29,572 nt of DNA from contig JAVHOV010000037.1 in the NCBI GenBank assembly GCA_036170245.1, forward strand, positions 1 through 29,572, in the 5' to 3' direction. Both the position numbers and the translations under genes were made by a program. Shown here in pieces: positions 1 through 10,694 of the stretch (the stretch's first letter is position 1; the number at the start of each line of letters is the position of its first letter). The DNA is from an archaeon. Lineage in GTDB: Archaea; Iainarchaeota; Iainarchaeia; Iainarchaeales; JAAZKV01. The notes beneath the pieces are model-generated. The model saw only the letters and a list, made by a program, of their open reading frames with translations. It made no database searches and had not been told where the DNA came from.

Positions 1-975
1 TTTTCAAGCGAAGGAAAAAGCATAGTTGTAGCAAGCTCAGAAAATCAAAAAGAACTTTATATTGAAAAATTCATTAACGGTACAGTTGAACAGGTATTAT
101 CAAAACTAGGAATAATTCCAATTCTAAGAACACATATTTTAGCACTAATCGCATGTGATTATATTTCTGATCTAAAAAGCAGCGAACGTTTTTTTGAAAA
201 CACTCTTTATGCATATCAACTGCAGGACATGGGGGAATTATTACACAATATTGTGGACATTGTTGAAGAACTAAAGGATTATGGATTTGTTGAAGAAAAG
301 CAAGAACGCTTTTTTGCAACAGTTTTAGGAAAAAGAGTTTCTGATTTATTTTTGGATCCATTCAGTGCGCATGAATTAGTTACTGCTCTAAAAGCAAAAA
401 AAACTTTTACTCCATTTTCCTACCTTTACACTTGGGTGAATTGCACTGAATTCAATCCTCCTCTAAATCCTCCAAAACAACTTGCCCCATTGATTATGGA
501 AGAAATGTCAAACAAGTTAGATGAAATCCCATTTTCACAAGAAAAAGTTTTGTTTGACAGAAGTTCAAATGAAAAATTCTTTTCAGCAATGATGCTTCAA
601 GAGTGGATTAAGGAAAAAAAGGAAAATGAATTATTCACTGAGTTTTCGCTGGCCCCAGGAACTCTATTTGGAAAAACTCAAATAATTGAGTGGCTTGCGT
701 ATTCTACAATTGAATTAAGCAAAGTCCTTCATGAAGAGCGGCATTTAATTAATGCGGACAAGCTTTCAAAGAGAGTAAAATATGGTGTGAAAGAAGAGCT
801 TTTGATGCTTGTTGAACTAAAAGGAGTTGGAAGAATAAGAGCAAGAAAACTGTTTAATGCAGGAATAAAAAAGCCAAGTGAAGTAAAAAATAATTTAATA
901 AAAGTAGAAGCAATTTTAGGGAAAAAAGTTGCAGATCAGCTTGAAAAACAACTAACTTTTGGAAGCAAAAACTAA
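1..975 (+). CDS. hel308: Hel308/Ski2-like SF2 DNA helicase, C-terminal part (5'-truncated by the window edge)
   Basis: Frame 1 is open from base 1 (FSSEGKSIVV...VLSKL...LRTHILALIA...FFENTLYAYQ). It continues through 'ATVLGKRVSDLFLDP', 'RVKYGVKEELL' and the HhH motif 'LKGVGRIRARKLFNAGI', all typical of archaeal Hel308. The ATG at 229 is internal. Confidence 0.93.
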   Translation, partial: FSSEGKSIVVASSENQKELYIEKFINGTVEQVLSKLGIIPILRTHILALIACDYISDLKSSERFFENTLYAYQLQDMGELLHNIVDIVEELKDYGFVEEKQERFFATVLGKRVSDLFLDPFSAHELVTALKAKKTFTPFSYLYTWVNCTEFNPPLNPPKQLAPLIMEEMSNKLDEIPFSQEKVLFDRSSNEKFFSAMMLQEWIKEKKENELFTEFSLAPGTLFGKTQIIEWLAYSTIELSKVLHEERHLINADKLSKRVKYGVKEELLMLVELKGVGRIRARKLFNAGIKKPSEVKNNLIKVEAILGKKVADQLEKQLTFGSKN

Positions 976-1041
976 TCTTTTATGAAAAATTGTTGTTTTA
1001 GTTGGTCAAAATTTTTTTGAAAAGAGCTTTTTTTGTTCCCC

Positions 1042-1055
1042 AAAAACTTTATTAA
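1042..1055 (+). promoter_or_regulatory. Putative BRE/TATA promoter of the surface-protein cluster
   Basis: AAAAAC-TTTATTAA about 40 nt upstream of the ATG at 1097. Confidence 0.4.
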
Positions 1056-1096
1056 TCCTGAAACACTATTCTTTTCAGATTTGATTTAGTGGTTAG

Positions 1097-4000
1097 ATGG
1101 GTTTTGTGCAAGTTTTAAAAGGGTTTTACTACCGTGCAGAAGACAAATGGTATGACTTTCTTGATGCACTTGACCGAAGACAATTGCCAGTGTATAAATT
1201 AATTGACCCTATTGATAGTGTAATTCCGAGTTTTTTGCTTTTTATTTTAACTACAATTTTTGTTTTAGTATTAATCGCTTACTTACTACAATTTTATTCG
1301 CCAGTTGAATTTACTTTCACCGCGGTTGATTCATCAACAAGAGCCACTCTTTCAGGGGTTGCAATTTCGGGTGTGATTAATGATGAAAATTTTAGCAAAG
1401 TCACGGCAGATACTGGGGAAGCAAAATTAATTCTAAAAGGAAAACCAGCAAATTTGTTTGAAAAAATAGGGTCTTTCTTTTTTGCAGAAGATTTAGAATT
1501 CAATGCAGTTCTTTCAGCTGAACGAAGCGGATATCATAAAGTTGAAAATAAAAAATTTGATTTAGCTTCAAAAGATGCAACAATTACTCTTACAGCAATA
1601 ACTTTAGCTGATTTAAACAAAACTTTTGCATCAAGCACAGATGTGGAACTTGTTGATAATTCTACTGGAGAAAGAATAACTGACTCCAAAGGAACAGCCT
1701 ATGTAAAGTATGGTTGCTCAAACAAAGGGATGGATCAAAAAACTAGTTCAGATGGATTTGACGGATTAGTTGATGGTAAGTTCAAAATAATTGAACCTAA
1801 TTGTAATTTTGTTGTTAACGGAGCTTACTCACCAGGGTATGAACCATTAAACGGAATAGATGTTGAATTAGATCCAGCTCAAACCTTGCATACAATAAAG
1901 TTAACAAAATCAAGTTCCCCTACAAAAGGAATTGCAAAAATTTATGTTTCTGAAAAAAACTCTTCTCCAATAGTTCCGTTAGTAGGTATTCAAGTAAGAC
2001 TTCTTGATTTAGCAGGTAATTCTTATGAAGAAGGAACAACTGATTTTTCAGGAGTGTTCCAAAAAGAAATTAATCCAGGAACTTATATTATAACTGCAAC
2101 CAGCCCAGACGGAAATTATTATTCAATTGATTCCGGCGCGAATGAATTAATTGTAGTAACAGTGAATAGCCTTTCTGAAAAATCAATTTACATGCAAAGA
2201 ATGGATCCAAAATTAGTAAGATTTTTGAGAATACAAGTAATAGATTACAACGGAAGAAATCTACTTAAAGATGTTAGAGTATTTCCTCAAAGTCTAATTG
2301 TTAATTCAGATAATAACCTGACCGCGAAGGGGATGGTTGGGGCTTGCACAAATTCCTGCAGAACTGATGCTAATGGACTAATAACAATCAGCGGATTAAG
2401 TTCTCAAGATGAAGGAAGAGTAATTGTATCTTTATTCAAAGATGATTATATTGAAAAAGTATTTCAGCCAAAGTTCTTTAAAATAAATTCAACTGAATTT
2501 GAAACTGTTGAACTTGAAAAAGCAAATTATTCTGAAAATGGAAATGGTGGAAAAGGTTTAGTTTTAGTAAGAGCAAAAAATGATTTACGTCCACTTAGCC
2601 CTGCAAAAGCATACATGTACTTTAATTCTCCAGAACTAAACATAAATGGAATCAGTTTAATTCAGGCTGGTATTGATGTTAACTCTAATGGCCAAGCAAT
2701 TTTCAGCGGACTTGCAACAAGAGAAGACAAAGTATATTATGCAAGTGCAAATTATGCAGGAATTATAGGAACATCCCAAATTAAAGCAGTTGAAGAAGGT
2801 AAAACAGTATTATTTGACGTTAATATTGAATCAGAAATATCTTTTTTAGAAGTTAGACTAATCGGGTATAACGAAACTACTATTGTTGATAAAAATAAAG
2901 CAGTAGTAAAAATAGTTCCTACTTCTGCTATAAATGGGCCTTTTGAAACACTCTCTTTTGACAGCTCTACTCAAAACTTCAAAAGTAAATTGCATGACAA
3001 AAGTAGAGAATATACTCTTTCTATTGACTTGAACAATTATGTTCCATTAAAGGAAAATGTAACACTTGTAAGGGAAGGAAGCAATTTAGTAACTAAGGTA
3101 ATGTATCCTAGTAATGATGAAATTCTTGCAGTCTTTAATGGGTTATATGAAAATTTAGTTTCAAATGAACCTGCAACTTTCCTTGATTTAAACAATTTAA
3201 TTGATTCAACTACAAAAGGATATTTTGCAAGCACAAGTTATGTTGTGGGAAAATCACTAAAGGACGGAAATGTTTTAGGGACACTTAAAGTAAATGAAAA
3301 AGCGAGTATAACTAATATCCCTTATGTTACTCAAGATTATTTGAAAAAATCAGAAATCTATTCCTGTGCTTTGGAAGAAAAATTACCTTATAATGATGAT
3401 AATTATTATTTGCCTAGTGAATGTGTAAAATCTTCAACAGCCCAAGGAAAACAAGCAAGCGCAATATGGGACGGAAATGTTGAGGCAGGAGTTTACAATA
3501 TTAAAACAAAATTGGTTTTTTCTTCTAATACTGAAAATGGAGATATGTTGGATTTGAATTATAGTGGAAAAGAAACTGATTTTGGATTTGTTTCAGAAGA
3601 CAAAAATAGAACTACTTATGTGATAGGGGCTTCAATTTGCAAATACTCTGCTGACGATTCAACATGCCCGGGAATATTCTTTTACTCTTCACTTAACTCT
3701 ACTTCACTTGGATCAGAATCCTTTGATTACACTCCTGATAAGAAAAGATTTTCAAAATACAATCAACAATCAGAAGTTGAAAAAGATTTAGCAAATCCTC
3801 TTCAAATAAATATTTTTAACAATCATCCCGTGAAAATTGATTTGAATTTGACTGCGTATGCTTTTGCTTCACAGACAATGGATTTGTTTAATAGTAACGT
3901 AAACGGAAATGGTTCTTTCCACTTTGATTCTAATGATGGAGTGCAGAAAAAAGTAATTGCCTCAAAAGTTTCAATAAACCCTTTTAAGAAATCTGCTCTG

Positions 4001-6430
4001 ACTGATGTTAATTTAGTTAATATATTTAGTTCAAAAGAAAAAGCAAGATCATACATAGTAATAGTAGCAGAGCTTTCAAGCGGGGAAAAATATTATCTTT
4101 TCATTGATGCAGTCACTCAAGGAAGAAATATATTTTTACTTGGGGGAAACTTTTTATCAGGAGTTCCTGACCAAATATTCAATGCATCTATAATTAACGC
4201 TGATGAGCGGGCTGTTGATTTATACAGTGTTGATTGGAAAGTATTAGGCAATTGTTCTTTAGATAATGTATTAAAGAGCGGTACAGGAAGCATAAACAAT
4301 GATGTATTTTCAATGACTATTCCTGGAGTTTATGAATATGACAAAGACTGTTTGGCTCTTAGAATTGTTGCAAAAGATGAAATTTACAGAGAACTGAATT
4401 TAATTTTAAAGGCAGGAACTGGGGGAATAGATGATCCTGAATTATCTTGTGCTTCAGTAGGAATAGTTGACTCGCCAAATAACAAAGATGTATATTTGCA
4501 GTGGGGTAACACAAATAAGTTGATACTTACTAACACTTGTCCTGAAGAAATCAAATTACAATTTGAAAGCAGACTCATATTAAACGGAGTTGATGAGTGC
4601 CCTTCATTATTACAAGGTGAAAAATGCACAATTAAAATTAAGGCGCAGAATAAAGATTATGATGTTAATGAAAGGTTTTCAGATGTTTTGGGGGTATTCC
4701 CAGTTTATGTAAAAGCAAAACTTGCTTCATCTAAGAAGAATTATTCACAAGTGAAGCTAGTAAAAGTTCATGTTCAAAATTCAGGAGATTGCTTTGCAAT
4801 AAGCAAAGATATGTTTGATTTGAATAAAGGTCTTGCTCCCACTTCACAGTTGGAATTTGTAATAAATAACAGCTGCCAGTATACAGCTTTTGGAGATTAT
4901 TTTATTCCAAAAGCATCTTTGAAATTCTCTGGAGTAGATCTTAACGACGCAAAGCCAAAGTATAGTTACATTGACTTGGATTATAATATAAATGTAAAAG
5001 GAGGAACATATACTCTTGTGACTAATCAAATCCTAAGACAGGATATTAAACTAAACTACCCTGCACTAGTGGAGGAACATCCTTCAAGCGATGCTGCGCC
5101 TTTAAAGAAATACTCAAATTTTATTTCAGTAATTGATCCTACTATTGCTGATCCAATATCAGAAAGAATGATGTTTAGATGGACTGATGATAGTGCAAAC
5201 GAATATTATGGTGCAAAAATTGACGGGGATATAAAAGTTACTTATACTGATGGTTCAACAAAGTTAGTAACTCCTCCCATTAACTTTGACTTTTCAAGCG
5301 GAACAATAGCCTGTACAGGTTCAGACCCAGCGCATAGTAGTAATCATTGCATCAATAACGGGTCTGAAGTATTGCCTGACGGAGGTGTTTCTACAATGAA
5401 ATACGGTTTATTTTATGTTTATTATCCAAAAGGAAAAATAAAGTCAATAGAACTTAATGTTTTAGGGGATCCAGATTCATCAGTCCTAACAGTTTACACA
5501 GATGTATTTGTAGATTATAATGAACCTCAAACAGTTCCTGTTTCAAGTGGAGAAACAACAACAAATAGTATTGCAAGCGGAACATTTAGAATATACCCAA
5601 TCGAAGGAATGACGTTCTTGCTTAGAAATTACACTAATCCTAAAATTAAGCAAACTGTGCAGGAAAAAGTAGATTTATGCAAATATGTTCTGACAAACAG
5701 GGCTTGGATAGGAGACGACAAAGTATACTATATAGAAAAGCACTACAACAATTATGACGGGGCTAGCAGATACTGCAACTCTATTGATAACAGATTGGTT
5801 GAAAATAATACAAACAAATTAGTCGAAAGTTTTTCAAGCATTTCTCAAGTAGTAATCGGAAATTGGGTGCGTGACAGTAACCAGTTTAACTGGATGGGTG
5901 TAGGGTATGGATTCTGGACTAATGAATGCAATGCAGACAATAACACCTGCAAGGTTATTAACAAAACTGCTTCTGGGCTAAACGGCGCAATAGATATGAC
6001 TAGAACAATAGATATGAGTAAATATGATGTTGATAGTTATGCTCCGCTTTGCGAACAGGATAATTTAAATAATGTTTCAGTTGATGAAGCATCATGCCTA
6101 GCACTTGGAGTAATATGTGATAAAGATACAGGGATATGCAGTGAAAGCACTCCTGAATTATTTGACTCATTCCTTGCAGAGGGGTATGTAACTATAATAA
6201 ATCCATCAACTTCAGTAGAAATTATTGCTGCAAGAACTGATAATGGAAATTTAGATAACTCTACAATAATTATTTGGATTGACGGGGGAATACTAAAGGC
6301 AATGTTTTTAGGGCCTGATTACACAGGTTATAATGATGAAAGCATAGAACTTAATATAATTGATAAAGGAGTAGTTGGAGATCTTTACGGAACATTAAAC
6401 ATAGTTGATTATGTAAATAAGGGGCATTAA
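1097..6430 (+). CDS. Giant (1777 aa) N-terminally membrane-anchored surface protein with repeated carboxypeptidase-regulatory/Ig-like beta-sandwich domains and a C-type-lectin-like module
   Basis: Short N-terminal segment, then one TM helix (SFLLFILTTIFVLVLIAYLL). Repeated 'V.D..t..l.gv.V.....TD..G' beta-sandwich patterns (TADTGEA, TTDFSGVF..INPGTYIITAT, TDANGLITISGL, VNSNGQAIFSGL). Many Cys and N-x-S/T sequons. Confidence 0.8.
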   Translation: MGFVQVLKGFYYRAEDKWYDFLDALDRRQLPVYKLIDPIDSVIPSFLLFILTTIFVLVLIAYLLQFYSPVEFTFTAVDSSTRATLSGVAISGVINDENFSKVTADTGEAKLILKGKPANLFEKIGSFFFAEDLEFNAVLSAERSGYHKVENKKFDLASKDATITLTAITLADLNKTFASSTDVELVDNSTGERITDSKGTAYVKYGCSNKGMDQKTSSDGFDGLVDGKFKIIEPNCNFVVNGAYSPGYEPLNGIDVELDPAQTLHTIKLTKSSSPTKGIAKIYVSEKNSSPIVPLVGIQVRLLDLAGNSYEEGTTDFSGVFQKEINPGTYIITATSPDGNYYSIDSGANELIVVTVNSLSEKSIYMQRMDPKLVRFLRIQVIDYNGRNLLKDVRVFPQSLIVNSDNNLTAKGMVGACTNSCRTDANGLITISGLSSQDEGRVIVSLFKDDYIEKVFQPKFFKINSTEFETVELEKANYSENGNGGKGLVLVRAKNDLRPLSPAKAYMYFNSPELNINGISLIQAGIDVNSNGQAIFSGLATREDKVYYASANYAGIIGTSQIKAVEEGKTVLFDVNIESEISFLEVRLIGYNETTIVDKNKAVVKIVPTSAINGPFETLSFDSSTQNFKSKLHDKSREYTLSIDLNNYVPLKENVTLVREGSNLVTKVMYPSNDEILAVFNGLYENLVSNEPATFLDLNNLIDSTTKGYFASTSYVVGKSLKDGNVLGTLKVNEKASITNIPYVTQDYLKKSEIYSCALEEKLPYNDDNYYLPSECVKSSTAQGKQASAIWDGNVEAGVYNIKTKLVFSSNTENGDMLDLNYSGKETDFGFVSEDKNRTTYVIGASICKYSADDSTCPGIFFYSSLNSTSLGSESFDYTPDKKRFSKYNQQSEVEKDLANPLQINIFNNHPVKIDLNLTAYAFASQTMDLFNSNVNGNGSFHFDSNDGVQKKVIASKVSINPFKKSALTDVNLVNIFSSKEKARSYIVIVAELSSGEKYYLFIDAVTQGRNIFLLGGNFLSGVPDQIFNASIINADERAVDLYSVDWKVLGNCSLDNVLKSGTGSINNDVFSMTIPGVYEYDKDCLALRIVAKDEIYRELNLILKAGTGGIDDPELSCASVGIVDSPNNKDVYLQWGNTNKLILTNTCPEEIKLQFESRLILNGVDECPSLLQGEKCTIKIKAQNKDYDVNERFSDVLGVFPVYVKAKLASSKKNYSQVKLVKVHVQNSGDCFAISKDMFDLNKGLAPTSQLEFVINNSCQYTAFGDYFIPKASLKFSGVDLNDAKPKYSYIDLDYNINVKGGTYTLVTNQILRQDIKLNYPALVEEHPSSDAAPLKKYSNFISVIDPTIADPISERMMFRWTDDSANEYYGAKIDGDIKVTYTDGSTKLVTPPINFDFSSGTIACTGSDPAHSSNHCINNGSEVLPDGGVSTMKYGLFYVYYPKGKIKSIELNVLGDPDSSVLTVYTDVFVDYNEPQTVPVSSGETTTNSIASGTFRIYPIEGMTFLLRNYTNPKIKQTVQEKVDLCKYVLTNRAWIGDDKVYYIEKHYNNYDGASRYCNSIDNRLVENNTNKLVESFSSISQVVIGNWVRDSNQFNWMGVGYGFWTNECNADNNTCKVINKTASGLNGAIDMTRTIDMSKYDVDSYAPLCEQDNLNNVSVDEASCLALGVICDKDTGICSESTPELFDSFLAEGYVTIINPSTSVEIIAARTDNGNLDNSTIIIWIDGGILKAMFLGPDYTGYNDESIELNIIDKGVVGDLYGTLNIVDYVNKGH

Positions 6431-6458
6431 AAAGAATTAAAGAATGTAGTTGATTGAA

Positions 6459-8150
6459 ATGAATTGGAAAAATTTGATTTGGATTACAATGCTTTTAGTG
6501 TTGTGCTTAAACGTGTTTGCCGCAGGCGAGCAGATAAGCTTTGAATGGAACGACATGACTTCAGTTGTTCTTGATAAACAAGTGTTTAATGATTCAGAAC
6601 CGATTACAGGAAAAGTAATTTTCACAAACCTTGACGGCGCTCCTTCACTTGGAACAAAGATTGTGCTCCATTTGGCTCAAGGAAGTTATACATATCCTTC
6701 TCAATTGAATTTAAATGAAAACATATTTGAAGAAAAAATAATTAACATGGACTTTGTTTTGTCTATGTCAAAAAAAGAAGCTGCTTTTTCGCTAACAAAC
6801 CCTGGCAGTGGTGAATTCAGAGCTGATGCTTATGTGTGGGTAGTTAAATCAAAAGGGGCTGGAGCAAGTAACATTTTTTACAATCCTGTTTCTGCAAATT
6901 TTAAAGTCGAAGGAAATAAAAAAGAAAGAGCAGTAATTGACAGAGCTCAAACAGTTTTTGAAAACACTGTTGGCCCAATAGGATTTCCAGTTGATGCTAA
7001 AAGCAAGTTTAAGGGAGCAGTTGTAATAAATAATCCTTCCTCTGTTGAAAAAAATAATTTAACTGTTGGAATAAAAATATGTGAATGGGCTTCTGCATTT
7101 TGTGAAAATGAAACCGAAACTAAATTTAATGTTAATCCAATAGCTGCACAGAAAAGCGGTTCTGTTGAAGTAGAATTAATTGCTCCTGAAATACCTTCTG
7201 CATATGAAATAGGAATCACATTATACAATAATGGTGCAGTAGAATCTATTTACAAAAACAGAGTTATTGTCTCAGGCGGAACTGCAAAAGTAAGAAAAAT
7301 AGTTCTGGGCGGACTTAACGATAAAAATTACAATTTAGATTTAGTTATTATGGGCAGTCCAGATCATTTCTCATACCCTGAGTTTGGTAACTTTGAATCA
7401 AAATTAGAAGTATATGCAGGAAATAATATTATTGAAGAAAAAAGTGCAAAAATAGATTTAATTAAAACAGGGGATATAATAGAGCAAAAGTATGCTCTTG
7501 ATTCAAAGTTTTTTACAAAATTCTGTTCAAAAATAATTAAGAATAATATAATATATGAAACCGAATGCTTCACTGTTGATTTGAATAAGTTGCTTACTGA
7601 ATATGACATACAAAATCCTAAAAAAATAGAAGCAACTTTTAGCTATGATGAGTTTTCAAAAATGCTCACAATAAATTTGAAGAAAGAAAAAATAAACGCA
7701 CAAGTAAGAATATTTGACCCTGTTCAAAATTATCTCAAAGAAATGGTTACAGCTGACAAAGAATATTCAAAGAGCATACCAATGGAAAAAATAAATTTGT
7801 CTTTAGTAATTGATGATTTTGATTCAAAGACACAGCAATTAATTCCAATGAATTTGGCTTTGTCTTCTAATGATGATATAATATACGGTGACACAAATGA
7901 CCCTAATGCAAATATAATCTCCCAAAAGAAATGCACAGGAATTGTATGCTCAAAGAACACTGTATGCACTACAAAAACCCAGCTTACTATAGAAGGAGAT
8001 TGCTGTTACACTAAATGCGTTGAATCAGGAGTGAATTCACAGAATTCACTTGAAATTCCTTTAATTTTGTGGGTTGCCCTAATAGTTTTAATAGTTGCAA
8101 TAGTCATTATTTATGAAGTAATACAAAAAAAGGGGGTAAAAAGAAAATGA
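6459..8150 (+). CDS. Secreted beta-rich protein with a Cys-rich C-terminal module and a C-terminal TM anchor plus basic tail
   Basis: Signal peptide MNWKNLIWITMLLVLCLNVFA (ATG 6459 preferred to TTG 6450). Ends CTGIVC...C...CCYTKC, then EIPLILWVALIVLIVAIVIIYEVIQKKGVKRK. Confidence 0.8.
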   Translation: MNWKNLIWITMLLVLCLNVFAAGEQISFEWNDMTSVVLDKQVFNDSEPITGKVIFTNLDGAPSLGTKIVLHLAQGSYTYPSQLNLNENIFEEKIINMDFVLSMSKKEAAFSLTNPGSGEFRADAYVWVVKSKGAGASNIFYNPVSANFKVEGNKKERAVIDRAQTVFENTVGPIGFPVDAKSKFKGAVVINNPSSVEKNNLTVGIKICEWASAFCENETETKFNVNPIAAQKSGSVEVELIAPEIPSAYEIGITLYNNGAVESIYKNRVIVSGGTAKVRKIVLGGLNDKNYNLDLVIMGSPDHFSYPEFGNFESKLEVYAGNNIIEEKSAKIDLIKTGDIIEQKYALDSKFFTKFCSKIIKNNIIYETECFTVDLNKLLTEYDIQNPKKIEATFSYDEFSKMLTINLKKEKINAQVRIFDPVQNYLKEMVTADKEYSKSIPMEKINLSLVIDDFDSKTQQLIPMNLALSSNDDIIYGDTNDPNANIISQKKCTGIVCSKNTVCTTKTQLTIEGDCCYTKCVESGVNSQNSLEIPLILWVALIVLIVAIVIIYEVIQKKGVKRK

Positions 8151-10630
8151 ATAATAGAACATTGCTGATTTTGCTTTTCATAGCCCTAATGCTTTCAGTT
8201 TCATTTGCTGAAATGCACTGCTGGAGACAGACAAAAGACAGAGCTATTGCCCTTTCTAATCTTTACACTTTTACTGAATCTTACTCAGATAATATTGTAG
8301 GATTAATAGTTCCAACAAATTCTATTCTGAAAGTCAGTGGATTTGGAAATTATACTTATCAATGTGAAGATGGAGCATCAGGACAGAGCAATAACTATAT
8401 TGAAATTTATGACAATTTAACAGGGGCAGTTGTTAAGACAAACGGTACTCTTGGTACAGGCGGGCCTGTTTCAGTAGGTACTACAAAGATGTGCATGATG
8501 GTTGGGTCAGATGATGCATGCTATATTGAAAATGGGATCAGATATCCTGGAAAGGGAGAGTGCAGAAAAGGTTCTTTTAATGTGGGGGCAGGGGTTCAAG
8601 ATACAATTGAAGTGCCAATGACTAGTTTTAAAGGTGAACAAGATTGGACTATAAGACTTGGGGAAATTTCTCCTGCAGCAGATGGCATTATAGCAGGATC
8701 TCCTCAAATAACTTTCAGAGACTTAAACAGAATCAAGTTTACTGTTGATTCTTCAAAGCCAGCTCTTTTAATTTTTCCTCCAACACCATTACAAAAATTA
8801 AATTCATATGATTTTGACGGAAATATGGAAAAAGTAGTTAATTTTACTATTCTAAATAAATCCAGAGTTCCAAGCATTATAAATTCATATTCTGTTGATT
8901 GCCCAAGCGGGGTAACTTGCGAACTTGATCAGATAAATGGGGCAAATATGTATGCTGGTTGGAAAGTTGCTTCAAACCAAGCATTTATGATTGAAGTAAG
9001 ATATAAATTTAATAAAAATATTATTCCAACTTCTTTTGCTTCCCTATTGACTGTTAAATTTACTCCAAGCGGATTTGCTGATTGCCCTATAGAAGGATGC
9101 ACTGCTTCTTCAACACCTCTAAAGTTTGAAGCAGGATTACTTGACGAACAAAAATTTCAGATAAATGTAATAAATCAAACAGAGCAAAAGTACTGTGTTG
9201 ATTATGACGGGCATTTAGGAAGAACAGGTTCTGATTATGCTCCAAGAATTAATTTGTACTTTGGAGGAAATGTTATTCCAAGCAGTTCAGGTCAGGATCT
9301 TATTTCACTAAATGAATGTTCTCCACTTAATTATAGTTCATCTCAACCAAATCCTGACTGGGTTTACTGCACTCAAAATGAATTTTTAACTTCTCTTGCA
9401 GGAAGAATTGGATTATATGCTGAAAACATGCGTGCTATTGATTCTGCTGAAGAAAATGGGGATTTTGTTAGGGGAGCTAGTTATAGGACTGAAAACGGAA
9501 AATTAAAAGAGTTTTATGTTTACTTAAGAGAACAAGATTTGAACCAAGGTTCAAGAAACGCTTCTATTCAAGAAATGCTTGCTGCTTTAAGTGATGTTAG
9601 TGCTGTAAAAATTGGTTTTGAACACGGGCTAGTTACTAATAAAGAACAGCTAGTAAATTTAGTTGATGGGATGAATTTATTTAAGTCACTTCACGGAGTA
9701 CTGATAAATGATACTAAAATTTCTCCAGGATACTATAAGGTTATACTTGATTTGAACGACACAGGAATTCAAGATTTGGGCGGATTATTTTATAATGAAA
9801 ATATGCTTAACCCTAACATGAATGTTAAAATTTATTTTGAAAAAGTTTCTGATCCAAAACTTGATTGGTTCTTTTATTACATAAAAGACAATTATGCTGA
9901 CAGTGTTTTCTTACCTCAAACAGGGGCGGATGCGTTTACTACAAATTACTTAGACAGGGGAACTATAATGAATTTTGAAAAGCGGGGCGACAATACTAAT
10001 TTAACAAAATTTTACTCAACTTTTGCTATTCCTCTAATTGGAAAAATTGTAGACCAAGGAGAGGGAAATGGTTCTGATTCAAGTTTCGTTTTATCTGGCG
10101 ATGAGTTCAAAAACAAGGAATTATTTACTGTTTGGACTGGATTTGCTAGCTCAATTGGGGCTGGATGCGGTACTACAATAATTAATCCTAAAGAAGGAAA
10201 GAAAGCTCTGCCATACAGAATACTTGATTCAAATCTAGGTGGAACTGAATATGAAATAACTGACTTGAACAGAGTAACTCCAAATTCAGTAATGTATGTT
10301 GAAACAGTTGTTTATTTGCCTACTACTTTTACTGAATTTGATATGAATTCACCATTCACTGTGTTCTCTTTAAGCGGAAATACTAATTCAAATAAAAGTT
10401 TATTTGTAGGTTTAACTAATTATACAAATTATAAAATAGATTCTCTTGAGAATATCCTTCAAGGGATAAAAGATCAGAATATTTGCATGTACTATGATAA
10501 TTCAACTGATAAAGAAACTTGGAAATTGTTTTGGAACCAGGATAAAGTGCTTGATTCATTGAAGGCAATTGTAAAACCACAAATAACTGATGCAACTGTG
10601 TGTGAATCAAGAGAATTATTGTCAAGTTAA
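8147..10630 (+). CDS. Large secreted Cys-containing protein (827 aa), function unknown
   Basis: Signal peptide MNNRTLLILLFIALMLSVSFA. ATGA overlap with the upstream gene. Multiple Cys. No C-terminal anchor. Confidence 0.8.
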   Translation: MNNRTLLILLFIALMLSVSFAEMHCWRQTKDRAIALSNLYTFTESYSDNIVGLIVPTNSILKVSGFGNYTYQCEDGASGQSNNYIEIYDNLTGAVVKTNGTLGTGGPVSVGTTKMCMMVGSDDACYIENGIRYPGKGECRKGSFNVGAGVQDTIEVPMTSFKGEQDWTIRLGEISPAADGIIAGSPQITFRDLNRIKFTVDSSKPALLIFPPTPLQKLNSYDFDGNMEKVVNFTILNKSRVPSIINSYSVDCPSGVTCELDQINGANMYAGWKVASNQAFMIEVRYKFNKNIIPTSFASLLTVKFTPSGFADCPIEGCTASSTPLKFEAGLLDEQKFQINVINQTEQKYCVDYDGHLGRTGSDYAPRINLYFGGNVIPSSSGQDLISLNECSPLNYSSSQPNPDWVYCTQNEFLTSLAGRIGLYAENMRAIDSAEENGDFVRGASYRTENGKLKEFYVYLREQDLNQGSRNASIQEMLAALSDVSAVKIGFEHGLVTNKEQLVNLVDGMNLFKSLHGVLINDTKISPGYYKVILDLNDTGIQDLGGLFYNENMLNPNMNVKIYFEKVSDPKLDWFFYYIKDNYADSVFLPQTGADAFTTNYLDRGTIMNFEKRGDNTNLTKFYSTFAIPLIGKIVDQGEGNGSDSSFVLSGDEFKNKELFTVWTGFASSIGAGCGTTIINPKEGKKALPYRILDSNLGGTEYEITDLNRVTPNSVMYVETVVYLPTTFTEFDMNSPFTVFSLSGNTNSNKSLFVGLTNYTNYKIDSLENILQGIKDQNICMYYDNSTDKETWKLFWNQDKVLDSLKAIVKPQITDATVCESRELLSS

Positions 10631-10694
10631 AGAGTGCTATTTTATTAATTTTTTTTAAAAAAACAATAAAAAGAGCCTTATTTTTAGTTAAAAT

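Noticed and set aside
5678..6058. Lectin-like module as a diversity-generating retroelement target
   Set aside because: No template repeat or reverse transcriptase in this window.
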